DNA from: Gemmatimonadales bacterium
GTDB taxonomy: Bacteria; Gemmatimonadota; Gemmatimonadetes; Gemmatimonadales; GWC2-71-9
DNA length: 64,000 nt
Reading direction: 5' to 3'
NCBI GenBank assembly: GCA_038321865.1
Contig: JBBQFH010000006.1
Coordinates: 174 to 64,173, forward strand
Below are positions 27,112 through 37,100 of the stretch, piece by piece; position 1 is the first letter of the stretch, and each line of letters opens with the position of its first letter. The position numbers and the translations under genes are program-made. The notes under the pieces were generated by a model, which saw only the letters and a list, made by a program, of their open reading frames with translations, ran no database searches and was not told where the DNA came from.

Positions 27112-27633
27112 ATGCGTTCGCTGACTCTGCGGTCACCGGCCTTCGACGGCATTTCCTTCGGGACGCTGCTGGCCTATCGCGACAGCGAAACGGCGCGGTG
27201 GCGCGCCTGGTTCGACGCGCACCCGGCGGCGCTGGAGGTGCCGATCGGCACCGGGCGCATGGCCACGGTGCGCGGACTCATCATTCACATCTTCGCAGTC
27301 GAGCTCCGCTACGCGGAGCGCCTGCTGGATGCCCGGGTGACGACGTACGAAGAGCTCACGCCCGAGACGCTCGACGAGGTGTTCGCGATCGGCGCACGGG
27401 CGCGCACGCTCATCGACCGCTTCCTGGCCGAAGCCACCGACGACACGATGCGCGAAGTGCTCACGTTCCAGACGCTCACCGCCGGGGTCGTGAGCGCGAC
27501 GAGGTACCGGATCACCGCCAACCTGGTGAACCACGGCGTGCGTCACTGGGCCCAGATCGCCACCGCGATCCGGATCGCCGGGTTCGGCGACCAGTGGGCC
27601 CACGACTTCCTGCTGAGTGACGTCCCGGCCTGA
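27112..27633 (+). CDS. DinB/DUF664-like four-helix-bundle protein
   Basis: This is the last 173 codons of ORF 26206-27633 (MRSLTLRS...). It shows HIFAVELRYAERL and NHGVRHWAQI (His spacing of the DinB fold). The rest of that long ORF runs out of frame across real genes. Confidence 0.75.
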   Translation: MRSLTLRSPAFDGISFGTLLAYRDSETARWRAWFDAHPAALEVPIGTGRMATVRGLIIHIFAVELRYAERLLDARVTTYEELTPETLDEVFAIGARARTLIDRFLAEATDDTMREVLTFQTLTAGVVSATRYRITANLVNHGVRHWAQIATAIRIAGFGDQWAHDFLLSDVPA

Positions 27634-27663
27634 ACCGGCGAGCCGGTTCGGATCACGGTACCT

Positions 27664-27697
27664 ATGGGCGACGCTGACGCGTCGCCCATTTCATTTC
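27664..27697 (+). terminator. Intrinsic terminator
   Basis: An ATGGGCGACGC (27664-27674) / GCGTCGCCCAT (27679-27689) perfect 11-bp stem with a 4-nt loop is followed by TTCATTTC. Confidence 0.65.
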
Positions 27698-27920
27698 GGA
27701 ACCTCGGCGCCGGCGGTGTGTGGAGTGGCGCGGCCGGAACGTCGAACTGGAAACCACCCACGCGGGAGCATGCCGGCGACCCTGACTTCGTGTTCCGCAG
27801 GCCCACGTCACCGTCCGGAGGTGCATATGCGATCCAGCGTCGTACGCGATGTCGTACGCCTTACCCCGTTATCGACACTCGTCGTTCTTCCCGTTCCGCG
27901 CGCGCGGCCGGACTGACGCC

Positions 27921-28388
27921 ATGCGCGACGAGCACCGGCCGAAACAGGACCTGATTCACGAGGTGGTGGGTCTCCGCAAGCAGATCGCGGATCTCAAGGA
28001 AGCGGCGGTGTCCCGCCGTCGCGTGGAGGACGCGCTCCGGGAATCGGAAGAGCACTACCGCGCGCTGGTGGAACAGGCGCCCGCCGGCATCTGCCGGATC
28101 GGCCAGGCAGGGGAGCTGCTCGCCGCCAACAGCGCGTTCGCCGCGATGCTCGGGTACGCGTCGCGCAAGGAGATCGTCGAGCTGGCCCGTACCAGCGGGC
28201 TCTTCGCCGACCAGGCCGAGCGAGATCGCGTCATGTCGCTCCTCGCTTCGGCGGCGTCCACGGGGATCGGACAGGTGCGGTTCCGGCGGCGGGATGGCGC
28301 GGCCCTTGGCCTGCACCTGCGGGCGCGGATGGCGGACATCTCTGACGCGCGGGACTACATCGTCATCGTCGAACCACCAGGCTGCTGA
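27921..28388 (+). CDS. Stand-alone PAS-domain protein with an N-terminal coiled coil
   Basis: The sequence LRESEEHYRALVEQAPAGICRIGQAGELLAANSAFAAMLGY is a typical PAS N-cap and core. There is no output domain. The start was chosen at ATG 27921. Confidence 0.7.
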   Translation: MRDEHRPKQDLIHEVVGLRKQIADLKEAAVSRRRVEDALRESEEHYRALVEQAPAGICRIGQAGELLAANSAFAAMLGYASRKEIVELARTSGLFADQAERDRVMSLLASAASTGIGQVRFRRRDGAALGLHLRARMADISDARDYIVIVEPPGC

Positions 28389-28426
28389 CGCCTGGCACGA
28401 ACCCGGGGCAGGCCGCCAGGCCTGCC

Positions 28427-29668
28427 CTATTCGTGTCGGATGGCGTCGATCGGCGAGAGTCGCGAAGCTCGCAGGGCGGGATAGGTGCCGAAACCGAGCC
28501 CGGTGAGCACCGAGACGAGTGCCGCGATGACGAGCGTCGCCCAGGTGAACGCCGCGTGGACTTCCGCGTGCGTCTGGCGGCGCATCACCCAGGCCGCCGC
28601 AAATGCCCCCGCGAGACCCAGCCCCGCACCGATCACACTGCCCGCGCCAGTGATCGCCACCGACTCGGCGAGAAATTGGATCAGAATGTCTCGCTGCCGG
28701 GCGCCGGTGGCTTTCCGGATGCCGATCTCACGCGTCCGCTCGGTCACCGCCGCGAGCAGTACGTTCATGATCCCGATGCCGCCGACGATGAGCGAGATAC
28801 CCGCAAAGGTGCCCATCACCAGCTTGAAGATCACAATGCCCTGCCGAGCCTGCTCGAGCCGCAGCCCCTGGCTCGCGCCGATGGCGACGCGGTGCTGCCA
28901 GCTGCCGAGCCGAGTGGTCAGCCACTGCTCGGTGGCCGCCTTCACCGCGGTCACATCCTCCACCCGCGCCGCCCGGACGATCATCATCGGGGCCCGGGGA
29001 GTGGGCGCCGGCACCATGGCGGCCGCTGCGACGCCGAACGGCACCGTGGCGGCGAGCTCTCGGGTGCCCGGCGTCACGCCGATGATCGAGAAGGTGTCCC
29101 GCTCGAGCACGAGCCGGCGGCCCGGCAGGCCGGACACCGGCACGCCTGGAGCGACGATGGCGCCCAGCGCGGGTGATATGAGCGCCACGCGGGCGCCGGC
29201 GCGCGACTCGCCATCGGTGAAGATGCGGCCGGCGACGAGCGGCGTGCGGTGAATGCGGAGCATGGAGGCGGTGGCGGCGGTCACGGTGGTCGCACGGGGC
29301 CTGCTGCTGTCCGGCACGACCACACGAGCGGAGCCCTGAACCATCAGGCCGACCGCCGCACGCTCCCCCAGCGCGAGGGCCAGCGCATCGCCGTCAGACG
29401 GCGAGAACACGGGATAATCCGACCGGGGCACCCGGACATCGTCGATCAGGTCATAGGTCAGCGGGGTGACGAGGATGGCCTGGAGATCGGTCGTCTGCTC
29501 GATCTGCGCGCGGGCAAAGGCTTCGACGCCGTCGCCGATCGCGAGCACGGCGACCAGCGACGCGACCCCCATGATGACGCCGAGAGTGGACAGGACGGTA
29601 CGAAGCGGGTTGGCACGAAGGGTCTCGACGCCCACGCGGAGCGAGGCAGCGACAATCGACTGGCGCAT
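28427..29668 (-). CDS. MacB/FtsX-type ABC transporter permease (no adjacent ATPase)
   Basis: This 413-aa protein starts at internal ATG 29668 (MRQSIVAASLRVGVETLRANPLRTVLSTLGVIMGVASLV). It has a large periplasmic loop and then the FtsX module (ERTREIGIRKATGARQRDILIQFLAES...PALRASRLSPIDAIRHE). The upstream 330 codons of ORF 28427-30658 are a shadow of the opposite-strand gene. Confidence 0.85.
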   Translation of the reverse strand: MRQSIVAASLRVGVETLRANPLRTVLSTLGVIMGVASLVAVLAIGDGVEAFARAQIEQTTDLQAILVTPLTYDLIDDVRVPRSDYPVFSPSDGDALALALGERAAVGLMVQGSARVVVPDSSRPRATTVTAATASMLRIHRTPLVAGRIFTDGESRAGARVALISPALGAIVAPGVPVSGLPGRRLVLERDTFSIIGVTPGTRELAATVPFGVAAAAMVPAPTPRAPMMIVRAARVEDVTAVKAATEQWLTTRLGSWQHRVAIGASQGLRLEQARQGIVIFKLVMGTFAGISLIVGGIGIMNVLLAAVTERTREIGIRKATGARQRDILIQFLAESVAITGAGSVIGAGLGLAGAFAAAWVMRRQTHAEVHAAFTWATLVIAALVSVLTGLGFGTYPALRASRLSPIDAIRHE

Positions 29669-29755
29669 AGGGGGCGCCGTACGGCCCTCACCGCGACGCG
29701 GTTTCAGGGCGGCGGCCGCCGGGCCGGCAGTATATTGGGCCGAGGAGAGCATCAC

Positions 29756-30667
29756 ATGAGCGCACCGACAACCGCCGCGCGGATCCTGCTCGAAGGACTC
29801 GTCGACTATGCCGGGCTGTTCCCGCCGGCGGAACTCGACATGGCGTCCGCGGTCCGGCAATACGCCGGCCACCTCGCGGAGGAGGCGGCCTGGATGCTGG
29901 GACGATTCATCGTGCCGGCCGCGCGGCTCGACGAATTTGAGACTGCGTCGGCAGCGCACCTTCCCCGGACAACCGACCGCGCACCGTGGCGATTGAGCGT
30001 ACTCGCCGGAGCCGACCCGGCGGACGCGGCCGGAAGGGTTCAGGCGTTCAACGAACGCCATGGGCATGGCCCGGCCGGGCGCGCGTCGATCGACACCATG
30101 GAGCTCCGCGCCGCAGACGCCGCGGCGGTCGGGAAGGCCGCGCGCTCGGTGCCGCCGCAGGTCATTCCCTACATCGAGATTCCCATCGTCGATGATCCCG
30201 CTGCGCTGATCGCTGCCATCGGGGGCGCGGGGGCGCGGGCCAAGATTCGGACCGGCGGCGTCACGGCCGAGGCGTTCCCGCCGCCGGCCCAGGTGGCGCG
30301 CTTCATCCGCCTCTGCGCCGACGCCGGCGTGCCGTTCAAGGCGACCGCCGGCCTGCATCATCCGCTGCGAGGTGAGTACCGGCTGACGTATGAGCCAGCG
30401 GCGCCCTCGGGGCCGATGTACGGATTTCTCAACGTATTTCTGGCCGCCGCCTTTGCCGCCGCCAACCTGGGGCTCGCCCAGCTCGAAACCGTCCTGGTCG
30501 AATCCGCCGTCGGCGCGTTTCAGTTCGACGAGACCGGCGTATCGTGGCGGAAGCACCGGCTCGATCTCGACGACCTGCGCCACCTGCGGACTCGCGCCGC
30601 GGTGGCCTTCGGCTCCTGCTCGTTCGCCGATCCGGTGGCCGATCTTCGCACCATCCACCTACTGTGA
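29756..30667 (+). CDS. Conserved-looking hypothetical protein (303 aa), translationally coupled to fahA
   Basis: It has good coding character and motifs LVDYAGLFPPA, KIRTGG and FKATAGLHHPLRG. I recognised no family. The stop TGA overlaps the fahA ATG (TGATG). Confidence 0.7.
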   Translation: MSAPTTAARILLEGLVDYAGLFPPAELDMASAVRQYAGHLAEEAAWMLGRFIVPAARLDEFETASAAHLPRTTDRAPWRLSVLAGADPADAAGRVQAFNERHGHGPAGRASIDTMELRAADAAAVGKAARSVPPQVIPYIEIPIVDDPAALIAAIGGAGARAKIRTGGVTAEAFPPPAQVARFIRLCADAGVPFKATAGLHHPLRGEYRLTYEPAAPSGPMYGFLNVFLAAAFAAANLGLAQLETVLVESAVGAFQFDETGVSWRKHRLDLDDLRHLRTRAAVAFGSCSFADPVADLRTIHLL

Positions 30668-31974
30668 TGCCGATGACCGACGACACGCACGATCCGAAGC
30701 TCACCAGCTGGGTGGAATCGGCGCAGACCGCCGGCACCGATTTTCCGATTCAGAATCTGCCGTTCGGTGTGTTCCGCCACCCGGACCGGGACGAGATTCC
30801 GCGAGTTGGTGTCGCGATCGGGGATCAGGTGCTCGATCTCGCCGCCGCGCGGCACGCCGAGCTGCTCGGCGGACCGGTGGCGTGCGCCGCGGAAGCGTGC
30901 GACACGCCCAGCCTCAATGCGCTCATGTCGCTCGGCCGGGACGACTGGAGAGCGCTGCGGCTCGCCATCAGCCGACTGCTCCGGACCGGGAGCCCCCGAC
31001 GCGACGATCTGCTGGTGTCGATGCGCGCGGCGGAGATGCAGGTGCCGGCCGACATCGGCGATTACTCGGATTTCTACGCGTCGGTCCATCACGCCACCAA
31101 TGTCGGCAGCATGTTCCGGCCCGATAACCCACTCCTGCCCAACTACAAGCACGTGCCGATCGGCTATCACGGACGGGCTTCCTCGATCGTGCCGAGCGGG
31201 ACACCCGTGCGGCGGCCGGCCGGCCAGCTCAAGGATCCGCAAGCGGAGACGCCGGGGTTTGGCCCGTCCCGCCTGCTGGACTACGAGGCGGAAGTGGGGT
31301 GCTTCGTCGGGACCGGGAACCCACTGGGCGAGACGATTCCGATCGGCCAAGCCGAGCAGCACATTTTCGGCCTCTGCCTGCTCAACGACTGGTCGGCGCG
31401 TGACATCCAGACCTGGGAATACCAGCCGCTGGGGCCGTTCCTGGCCAAGAACTTCGCCACGACGGTCTCACCCTGGGTGGTGACGCTCGACGCGCTCGCG
31501 CCGTTCCGCACACCAGCTTACGCGCGCCCGGCCGGCGATCCCGCGCCACTGCCGTATCTCGCGGACCGCAGCGATCGCGAACACGGCGGTTTCGACCTCA
31601 CGCTCGAGGTGTGGCTCCGCTCGGCCCGCATGCGCGCCGCGGGGCAGGCCCCCGTCCGGCTCTCCCGCACCCGCTTCGCCGACATGTACTGGACGCTGGC
31701 ACAGATGCTGACACATCACGCCAGCAACGGCTGCAACCTGCGCCCCGGCGATCTGATCGCGAGCGGCACCGTATCGGGCGGCGCGCACGACGAGCGCGGC
31801 TGCATGCTCGAGCTCACCTGGCGCGGCACGGAACCGGTGGAGCTGCCCGATGGGGAAAGCCGGAAGTTCCTGCACGACGGTGACGAGGTGATCATGCGCG
31901 GGTCGTGCGAGCGCACCGGCGCCGTACGGATCGGCTTCGGCGAGTGCCGGGGAGAGGTCCTCCCGGCGAGCTGA
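30667..31974 (+). CDS. fahA: Fumarylacetoacetase
   Basis: The N-terminus DFPIQNLPFGVFRHPD...PRVGVAIGDQVLDL matches eukaryotic and bacterial FAH. It also shows YHGRASSIV, VGxGNxLGExI and LCLLNDWSARDIQxWEYxPLGPF. Confidence 0.92.
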   Translation: MPMTDDTHDPKLTSWVESAQTAGTDFPIQNLPFGVFRHPDRDEIPRVGVAIGDQVLDLAAARHAELLGGPVACAAEACDTPSLNALMSLGRDDWRALRLAISRLLRTGSPRRDDLLVSMRAAEMQVPADIGDYSDFYASVHHATNVGSMFRPDNPLLPNYKHVPIGYHGRASSIVPSGTPVRRPAGQLKDPQAETPGFGPSRLLDYEAEVGCFVGTGNPLGETIPIGQAEQHIFGLCLLNDWSARDIQTWEYQPLGPFLAKNFATTVSPWVVTLDALAPFRTPAYARPAGDPAPLPYLADRSDREHGGFDLTLEVWLRSARMRAAGQAPVRLSRTRFADMYWTLAQMLTHHASNGCNLRPGDLIASGTVSGGAHDERGCMLELTWRGTEPVELPDGESRKFLHDGDEVIMRGSCERTGAVRIGFGECRGEVLPAS

Positions 31975-31980
31975 CGCGCG

Positions 31981-33063
31981 ATGCTCTGGCTGCTCCTCCT
32001 GGTTCCACTGTCCGTCGTGCTCCGCTATGCGGTGCACCTGCCGCCGCTCTGGGTGTTTGCGGCAGCGGCGCTCGCCATCGTGCCGCTGGCCGAATGGATC
32101 CGGCGGGCGACCGAACAGATCGCGCGGATCGCGGGCTCCGCGATCGGCGGCCTGCTGAACGTTACTTTCGGAAATGTGGCGGAGCTGATCCTCGCGCTGT
32201 TCGTGCTGAGCGCGGGCCGGCCCGAAGTGGTGAAGGGCCAGATCACCGGCTCGTTCATCGGCAACGGCCTGCTCGGACTGGGCCTCGCGATCATCGTCGG
32301 CAGCTGCGGCCGGCGGAAGCAGACGTTTTCCCGCCAGCGCTCCGGCCTGCTGTCGAGCCTCCTCATTCTCTCGGTCATCGCCCTGCTCATCCCGGCGGTC
32401 TTCGATTTCACCGTCCGGGAGACCAGCACCCGCGCCCAGACCTCCAGCCTCGACGAGTACCTGAGCCTGGGCGTGTCGATTCTCCTGATCGGCGCCTATG
32501 CCGCGAACCTGATCTACACCCTCATCACCCACAGCGACGTCTTCGGCGACGACGAGGAAGAAGCCAAGGCGAGCGAGGCTGGCCCGACGTGGCCGCTGTG
32601 GCGGTCGCTGGGCGTCCTCGTCGGGGGAACGGCACTGGTGGCACTCGAGTCGGAGATCGTCTCCGGGGCGCTGGAGCAATCGGCGCTCGCGCTCGGCATC
32701 TCGGAATTCTTCCTGGGCGTGACGGTGCTGGCGATCATCGGCAACGCGGCGGAATACTTTGCCGCGGTCTATTTCGCCCGGCAGGACCGGATGGGTCTGG
32801 TCATGAGCATCACGGTCGGCTCCAGCATCCAGGTGGCGCTGCTCACGGCCCCGCTGCTGGTGATCGTCTCGTATTTCATGGGCCACCCGATGAATCTCGT
32901 CTTCAACAATCCGATCGAGCTCGTCGCCATCGCGGGAACCTCGGTGGCGGTGCGCGCGGTAGCGCAGGATGGCGAGACGACCTGGTTCGAAGGGGTGCTG
33001 CTGCTGACGGTATACGGCCTGCTGGCGCTGGCATTCTTCTTCGTGACGCCGGCCGCGGCCTGA
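31981..33063 (+). CDS. Ca2+/H+ antiporter (CaCA/CAX family)
   Basis: It has two alpha-repeat signature motifs, GNVAELI (TM2-3) and GNAAEYF (TM7-8), and about 11 TM helices. 360 aa. Confidence 0.9.
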   Translation: MLWLLLLVPLSVVLRYAVHLPPLWVFAAAALAIVPLAEWIRRATEQIARIAGSAIGGLLNVTFGNVAELILALFVLSAGRPEVVKGQITGSFIGNGLLGLGLAIIVGSCGRRKQTFSRQRSGLLSSLLILSVIALLIPAVFDFTVRETSTRAQTSSLDEYLSLGVSILLIGAYAANLIYTLITHSDVFGDDEEEAKASEAGPTWPLWRSLGVLVGGTALVALESEIVSGALEQSALALGISEFFLGVTVLAIIGNAAEYFAAVYFARQDRMGLVMSITVGSSIQVALLTAPLLVIVSYFMGHPMNLVFNNPIELVAIAGTSVAVRAVAQDGETTWFEGVLLLTVYGLLALAFFFVTPAAA

Positions 33064-33092
33064 CCGAGGACAGATTCCGGCCCGCCGCCGGC

Positions 33093-33950
33093 TCACATCC
33101 TCGCGCTATCCCACGTTCCCGCCGCCAGGGGACGAAAGTCCCGCCAGATCGCCACGTAGGGCGCCAGCATCAGCGTCACGAACCGCTCCAGCGCCAGGGG
33201 GAAGGGGAAGCGCTGCCGGAACTCGGATGAGGTGATGCCGAGCATCGTCCGCAGGTGGCGGCCGAAGCTCTGGGGCGAGGAGTACTCCAGCCGATAGGAT
33301 ACGTCGGCCACCGACAGTCCGCCGGCCTCGAAGAGATGCGCCGCGTGGAGCAGGCGCACCGCGGCCAGATAGTTCTTGGGGCTGGGCAGGCCCGCCCGCG
33401 CGAACCGCGACATCAGCGTGCTCGGCCGCACGTGCACCCGTTCCGACAGCTTGCGGACCGTCGGCGTCTCGGGGGCGAGCCGGATCATCACTTCCATGAA
33501 CAGCCTCGCGTCCGCCGGCGCCTCGTCCAGCGCATCGAGGATCGGGCCCTGGATCCGGGAAACCGCCCGCGTCGCCGGCTGGCCGACCACATGCCGCAGC
33601 TGGCTCCAGCCCGCCGCCGACGTGACATCCACCACCTGGCGCACCCCAGACGCGCCGAGCCGCAGCAGCATCTCGGTGGCGCCGGCATCGTGCTGCGAGA
33701 GCAGCGCGACGGTCGGGATTCCCGGAAAGTCGCGAACCAGCCGCCCCACCGCGGCGATCTGCTCGGGCACGCAGCGGTGCACCGACACGAGCACCGCGTC
33801 CACCGACCGCTCGCGCACCACCCGCACCGCGTCCGGCACCGAGTCGCGATGGATCACGGCGAACACGCCGCTGCCGGCGGCGTCCACCCGCTGCCGCTCG
33901 CCCGGCGTGAGCACGGCGGCCACTGTCAGGCTGCTGGCCGAATACACCAT
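33093..33950 (-). CDS. AraC-family transcription regulator with an N-terminal receiver-like (pseudo-receiver) domain
   Basis: The C-terminal HTH_18 region reads VADVSYRLEYSSPQSFGRHLRTMLGITSSEFR. The N-terminal 120 aa have a CheY-like alpha/beta pattern, but the usual phospho-acceptor position reads LVSV rather than LxD. Confidence 0.8.
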   Translation of the reverse strand: MVYSASSLTVAAVLTPGERQRVDAAGSGVFAVIHRDSVPDAVRVVRERSVDAVLVSVHRCVPEQIAAVGRLVRDFPGIPTVALLSQHDAGATEMLLRLGASGVRQVVDVTSAAGWSQLRHVVGQPATRAVSRIQGPILDALDEAPADARLFMEVMIRLAPETPTVRKLSERVHVRPSTLMSRFARAGLPSPKNYLAAVRLLHAAHLFEAGGLSVADVSYRLEYSSPQSFGRHLRTMLGITSSEFRQRFPFPLALERFVTLMLAPYVAIWRDFRPLAAGTWDSARM

Positions 33951-34183
33951 GTGGTTCTCCCGGAAGGTGTGACGTCATCCTAGCTTGCGGGACTCAATGC
34001 GCCCGCAACCTTCGCCCGGTGCGCGGCGGCCCGGCCCGTTCGGCCGCGCAACCATTCCGCCGGTCGGGTCATCCAACATCTGAGCCACTGGACCGTGTGA
34101 ACCCTGCCGGGCTCCGCGACGTACGGTTTCCTGTCGAGAGAAACCCGTCATGACCCGCCGGCCCTCGCCGGAGTGACCGCGAC

Positions 34184-37100
34184 ATGGATCCGATTCCCGA
34201 TCTGAGTACCCGCCTGCAGGCGGCGCTGGGGCCGCAATACCGGCTCGAGCGCGAGATCGGTCGCGGCGGGATGGGCGTCATCTTCCGGGCGGTCGACACC
34301 GCGCTCGACCGACGCGTCGCCGTGAAGGTGGTCCACCCGGAGCTGGCCGCCCACGGCGCCATCGCCCGCCGCTTCCTCGCCGAAGCGCGCACCGTCGCCC
34401 GGCTGCACCACCCCAACATCGTCGCCGTGCACGCGGCCGGTTCCTCCGGCGATCTCCTCTGGTACGCCATGGACGAGGTGCCGGGCGAGACGCTCCGCCA
34501 GCGCATCCTCCGCGAGCGCCGCCTCCCGGTGGCGGAGGCGGCGCGGATCGCGGCGGATCTCGCCGGCGCACTCGATGCGGCCTGGAAGGCGGGCGTCGTC
34601 CACCGCGACCTCAAGCCCGAAAACGTGCTCCTGGCCGACGGCACCGGCCGCGCGTTGCTGACCGACTTCGGCATCGCCCGCGCCTTCGCGCCCGACCAGT
34701 CGGAGCCCGCCACCGGCGAGGGTGTGGCGATCGGAACGCCGGCGTACATGAGTCCCGAGCAGGCCTCGGGCGACGTGGTGGACGGGCGGAGCGATCTCTA
34801 CGCGCTCGGGGTGGTGCTGTACGAGATGCTGACCGGCATGCCGCCCTTTCACGGGCCCAACCGCGTCGTCGTGTCCAGGCACATGACCGAGCGGCCGGCA
34901 CCGGTGGAGCAGCGGCGGAAGGATTGTCCGCCGGCGCTCGCGGCCGCCGTCGAGCGTGCGCTCGCCAAGGCGCCGGCCGACCGGTTCCAGACCGGCGAAT
35001 CGTTTCGCGCCGCGCTCACCGGCGAACAGCCCGTCACGTCCCCGCGCCGGACCGCACGCCGCTGGGCGCTGGCCGCCGCCGCCGCATCGCTCGTCGCCGT
35101 CAGCGCGCTGCTGGGCGCCTCGCGCCTCCGCCATGACGGGCCGCCGGCGGGGGTGAACCCGCGGCAGTCGATCCTGGTCCTGCCATTCGACAACCTCAGG
35201 GGCGACGCCGACATCAAGTGGCTGGAAGACGGAAGCGTGAGCATGCTCGCGCTCAACATGTCGCAGTGGAACGACCTGCAGGTCGTGGATCACGAGCGGC
35301 TGCACGATCTGCTCGCGAAGCACCACATCGGCATCGGCGACGCGATCGGCCTCGACATGGCGCGGCGACTCGCGCGGGAAGCCGGCGTCTGGACGGTGGT
35401 GCTCGGCGACTTCCACCGGGCCGGGGACTCGCTCCACCTGGTCGCCCGGGTGTACGACGTGGCAAGCGGCCGGCGGGTAGATGTGGCTCAGGCCGACGAT
35501 CGGCCGGGCGAGGATCTGCGCCCGGTGTTCGACCAGCTGGCGGCCCGACTGCTCGATCTCTCGGGCGCGCCGAGCCGGGTCCACACCGGCCTGGCCCAGG
35601 CGACCACGGGTTCCCTCGAAGCGTTCCGGGCCTACCTCGCCGGCGAGGAAGCGCTGAACCGGTGGGATCTCGCACTGGCGGAGCGCGAGCTTCGGCGGGC
35701 CACAGCGCTCGACACCACGTTCAGTCTCGCCTACTACAAGCTCGCGCTCACCCGCGGCTGGCTGGTGGGTGCCTCGGACTCGATCGCGGATGCCGCGATG
35801 CGCCGTGCCACAGCCAACGCCGACCGCCTGCCCGAGCACGAGCGCACCGTCGTCAGCGCCTACCGTGCCTTTCTCGGCAACGACCTGGCGACGTCACGCG
35901 CACTCTACCAGCGGCTCATCGCCCGCAACCCCGCCGACGCCGATGCCTGGTACGGCCTCGGCGAAGCGTGGTTCCACGACATGACCGCGCGCTCCCGGCC
36001 CGAGCAGCTGACCGAGGGACTCCGCGCGTTCCGACACGCGCTGGCGCTCGATCCCGAGTATGCGCTGGCCTACGACCACGTCGGCACCATCCTGGCGGAC
36101 GCCTCGCAGCCGACCGCCATGTTCGCGCTGCTGCCCGGTGACTCGATGGTCGCCAGCCGGGATACCGGCGGCCGCTCGACGCTCGACACCGCCGCCCGCG
36201 CCGCCGCCACCCGGCGAGCCCGGGCGGCGGTGGTGGAGCTGGCGCGAAGCTGGATCGCCACGCAGCCCACGACGCTCCGCGCCCATGCCGCGATGGTCAA
36301 CGCATACATCGCCGCCGCGGACTATCCCGGCGCACTGGCCGAAGTGGATCGCTACCGCGCGCTGGTGCCGTCGGACCCTGAATACCCGTTCGTCGAGGCG
36401 CGGATTCACTTCGCGGCCGGCGACATCGACCGCGCCGCCGCCACCCTGCGCGGCGCACTGGACACGACGGACGCGGCCGACTTCCATCGGTTCGAAGGCA
36501 ACCTGACCGTGTTCCAGGACCTGGCGTCCGCGGCCAACGTATTCGCCTATCAGGGCGATCTGGTGAACGCGGCGAGGGCGATCGATCTCGCCGATCGCGC
36601 TCGGCGAGAGGTCTACGGCGCGCTGGTGCCGGCCGGCAGCTTTCTGGCCGGCGACGCCTGGCATCGCTCGGCGCTCGGCCAGCTCTACGCCGCGTTCGGC
36701 GGGCCGGCCGCCTCACTCCGGCGGGTCTGGCAGAGCGCGGCCGAGGCGGGGCGCATGGCCGAACCGGAGATGCGGAAGAAGCTCGCGCGGACCGGCGGCA
36801 CGGCGGCGATCGAGCTGTTCGCGGGGCCCGAGGCGGACTCGACGGCGCTCACCGAGCTGCACACGCTGACCGGCGATACCCCGCCGAAGGAGGTCCGGGC
36901 GCTGCTGGCGCTCAGCCGCCGCGATCCTGCCGCGGCGCGGCGCGCGCTTGCCGAGCCGGACAGCATGATGGAACCGGGTCCGGGCTACCTGATTTACCAC
37001 CGGCCCCTCGCCGCCGAGGCCTATTACAGGCTGGGCGAGTACCAGACGGCACTGACCCTGCTGAGCGGATTCGAGCCCATGGCCTACTCGATGAGCGGGT

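Noticed and set aside
26206-27633. A 475-aa plus-strand ORF spans the EncFtn-like gene, udk and the DinB-like gene.
   Set aside because: Only the last 173 codons (from ATG 27112) look like a real protein with a DinB fold. The upstream 300 codons are an Arg/Gly/Pro-rich alternative frame of the well-supported udk and ferritin-like genes.
28427-30658. A 743-aa minus-strand ORF suggests a very large FtsX-containing protein.
   Set aside because: The FtsX permease homology starts at internal ATG 29668. The upstream 330 codons are low-complexity and lie antisense to the coding-like 303-aa plus-strand gene at 29756-30667.
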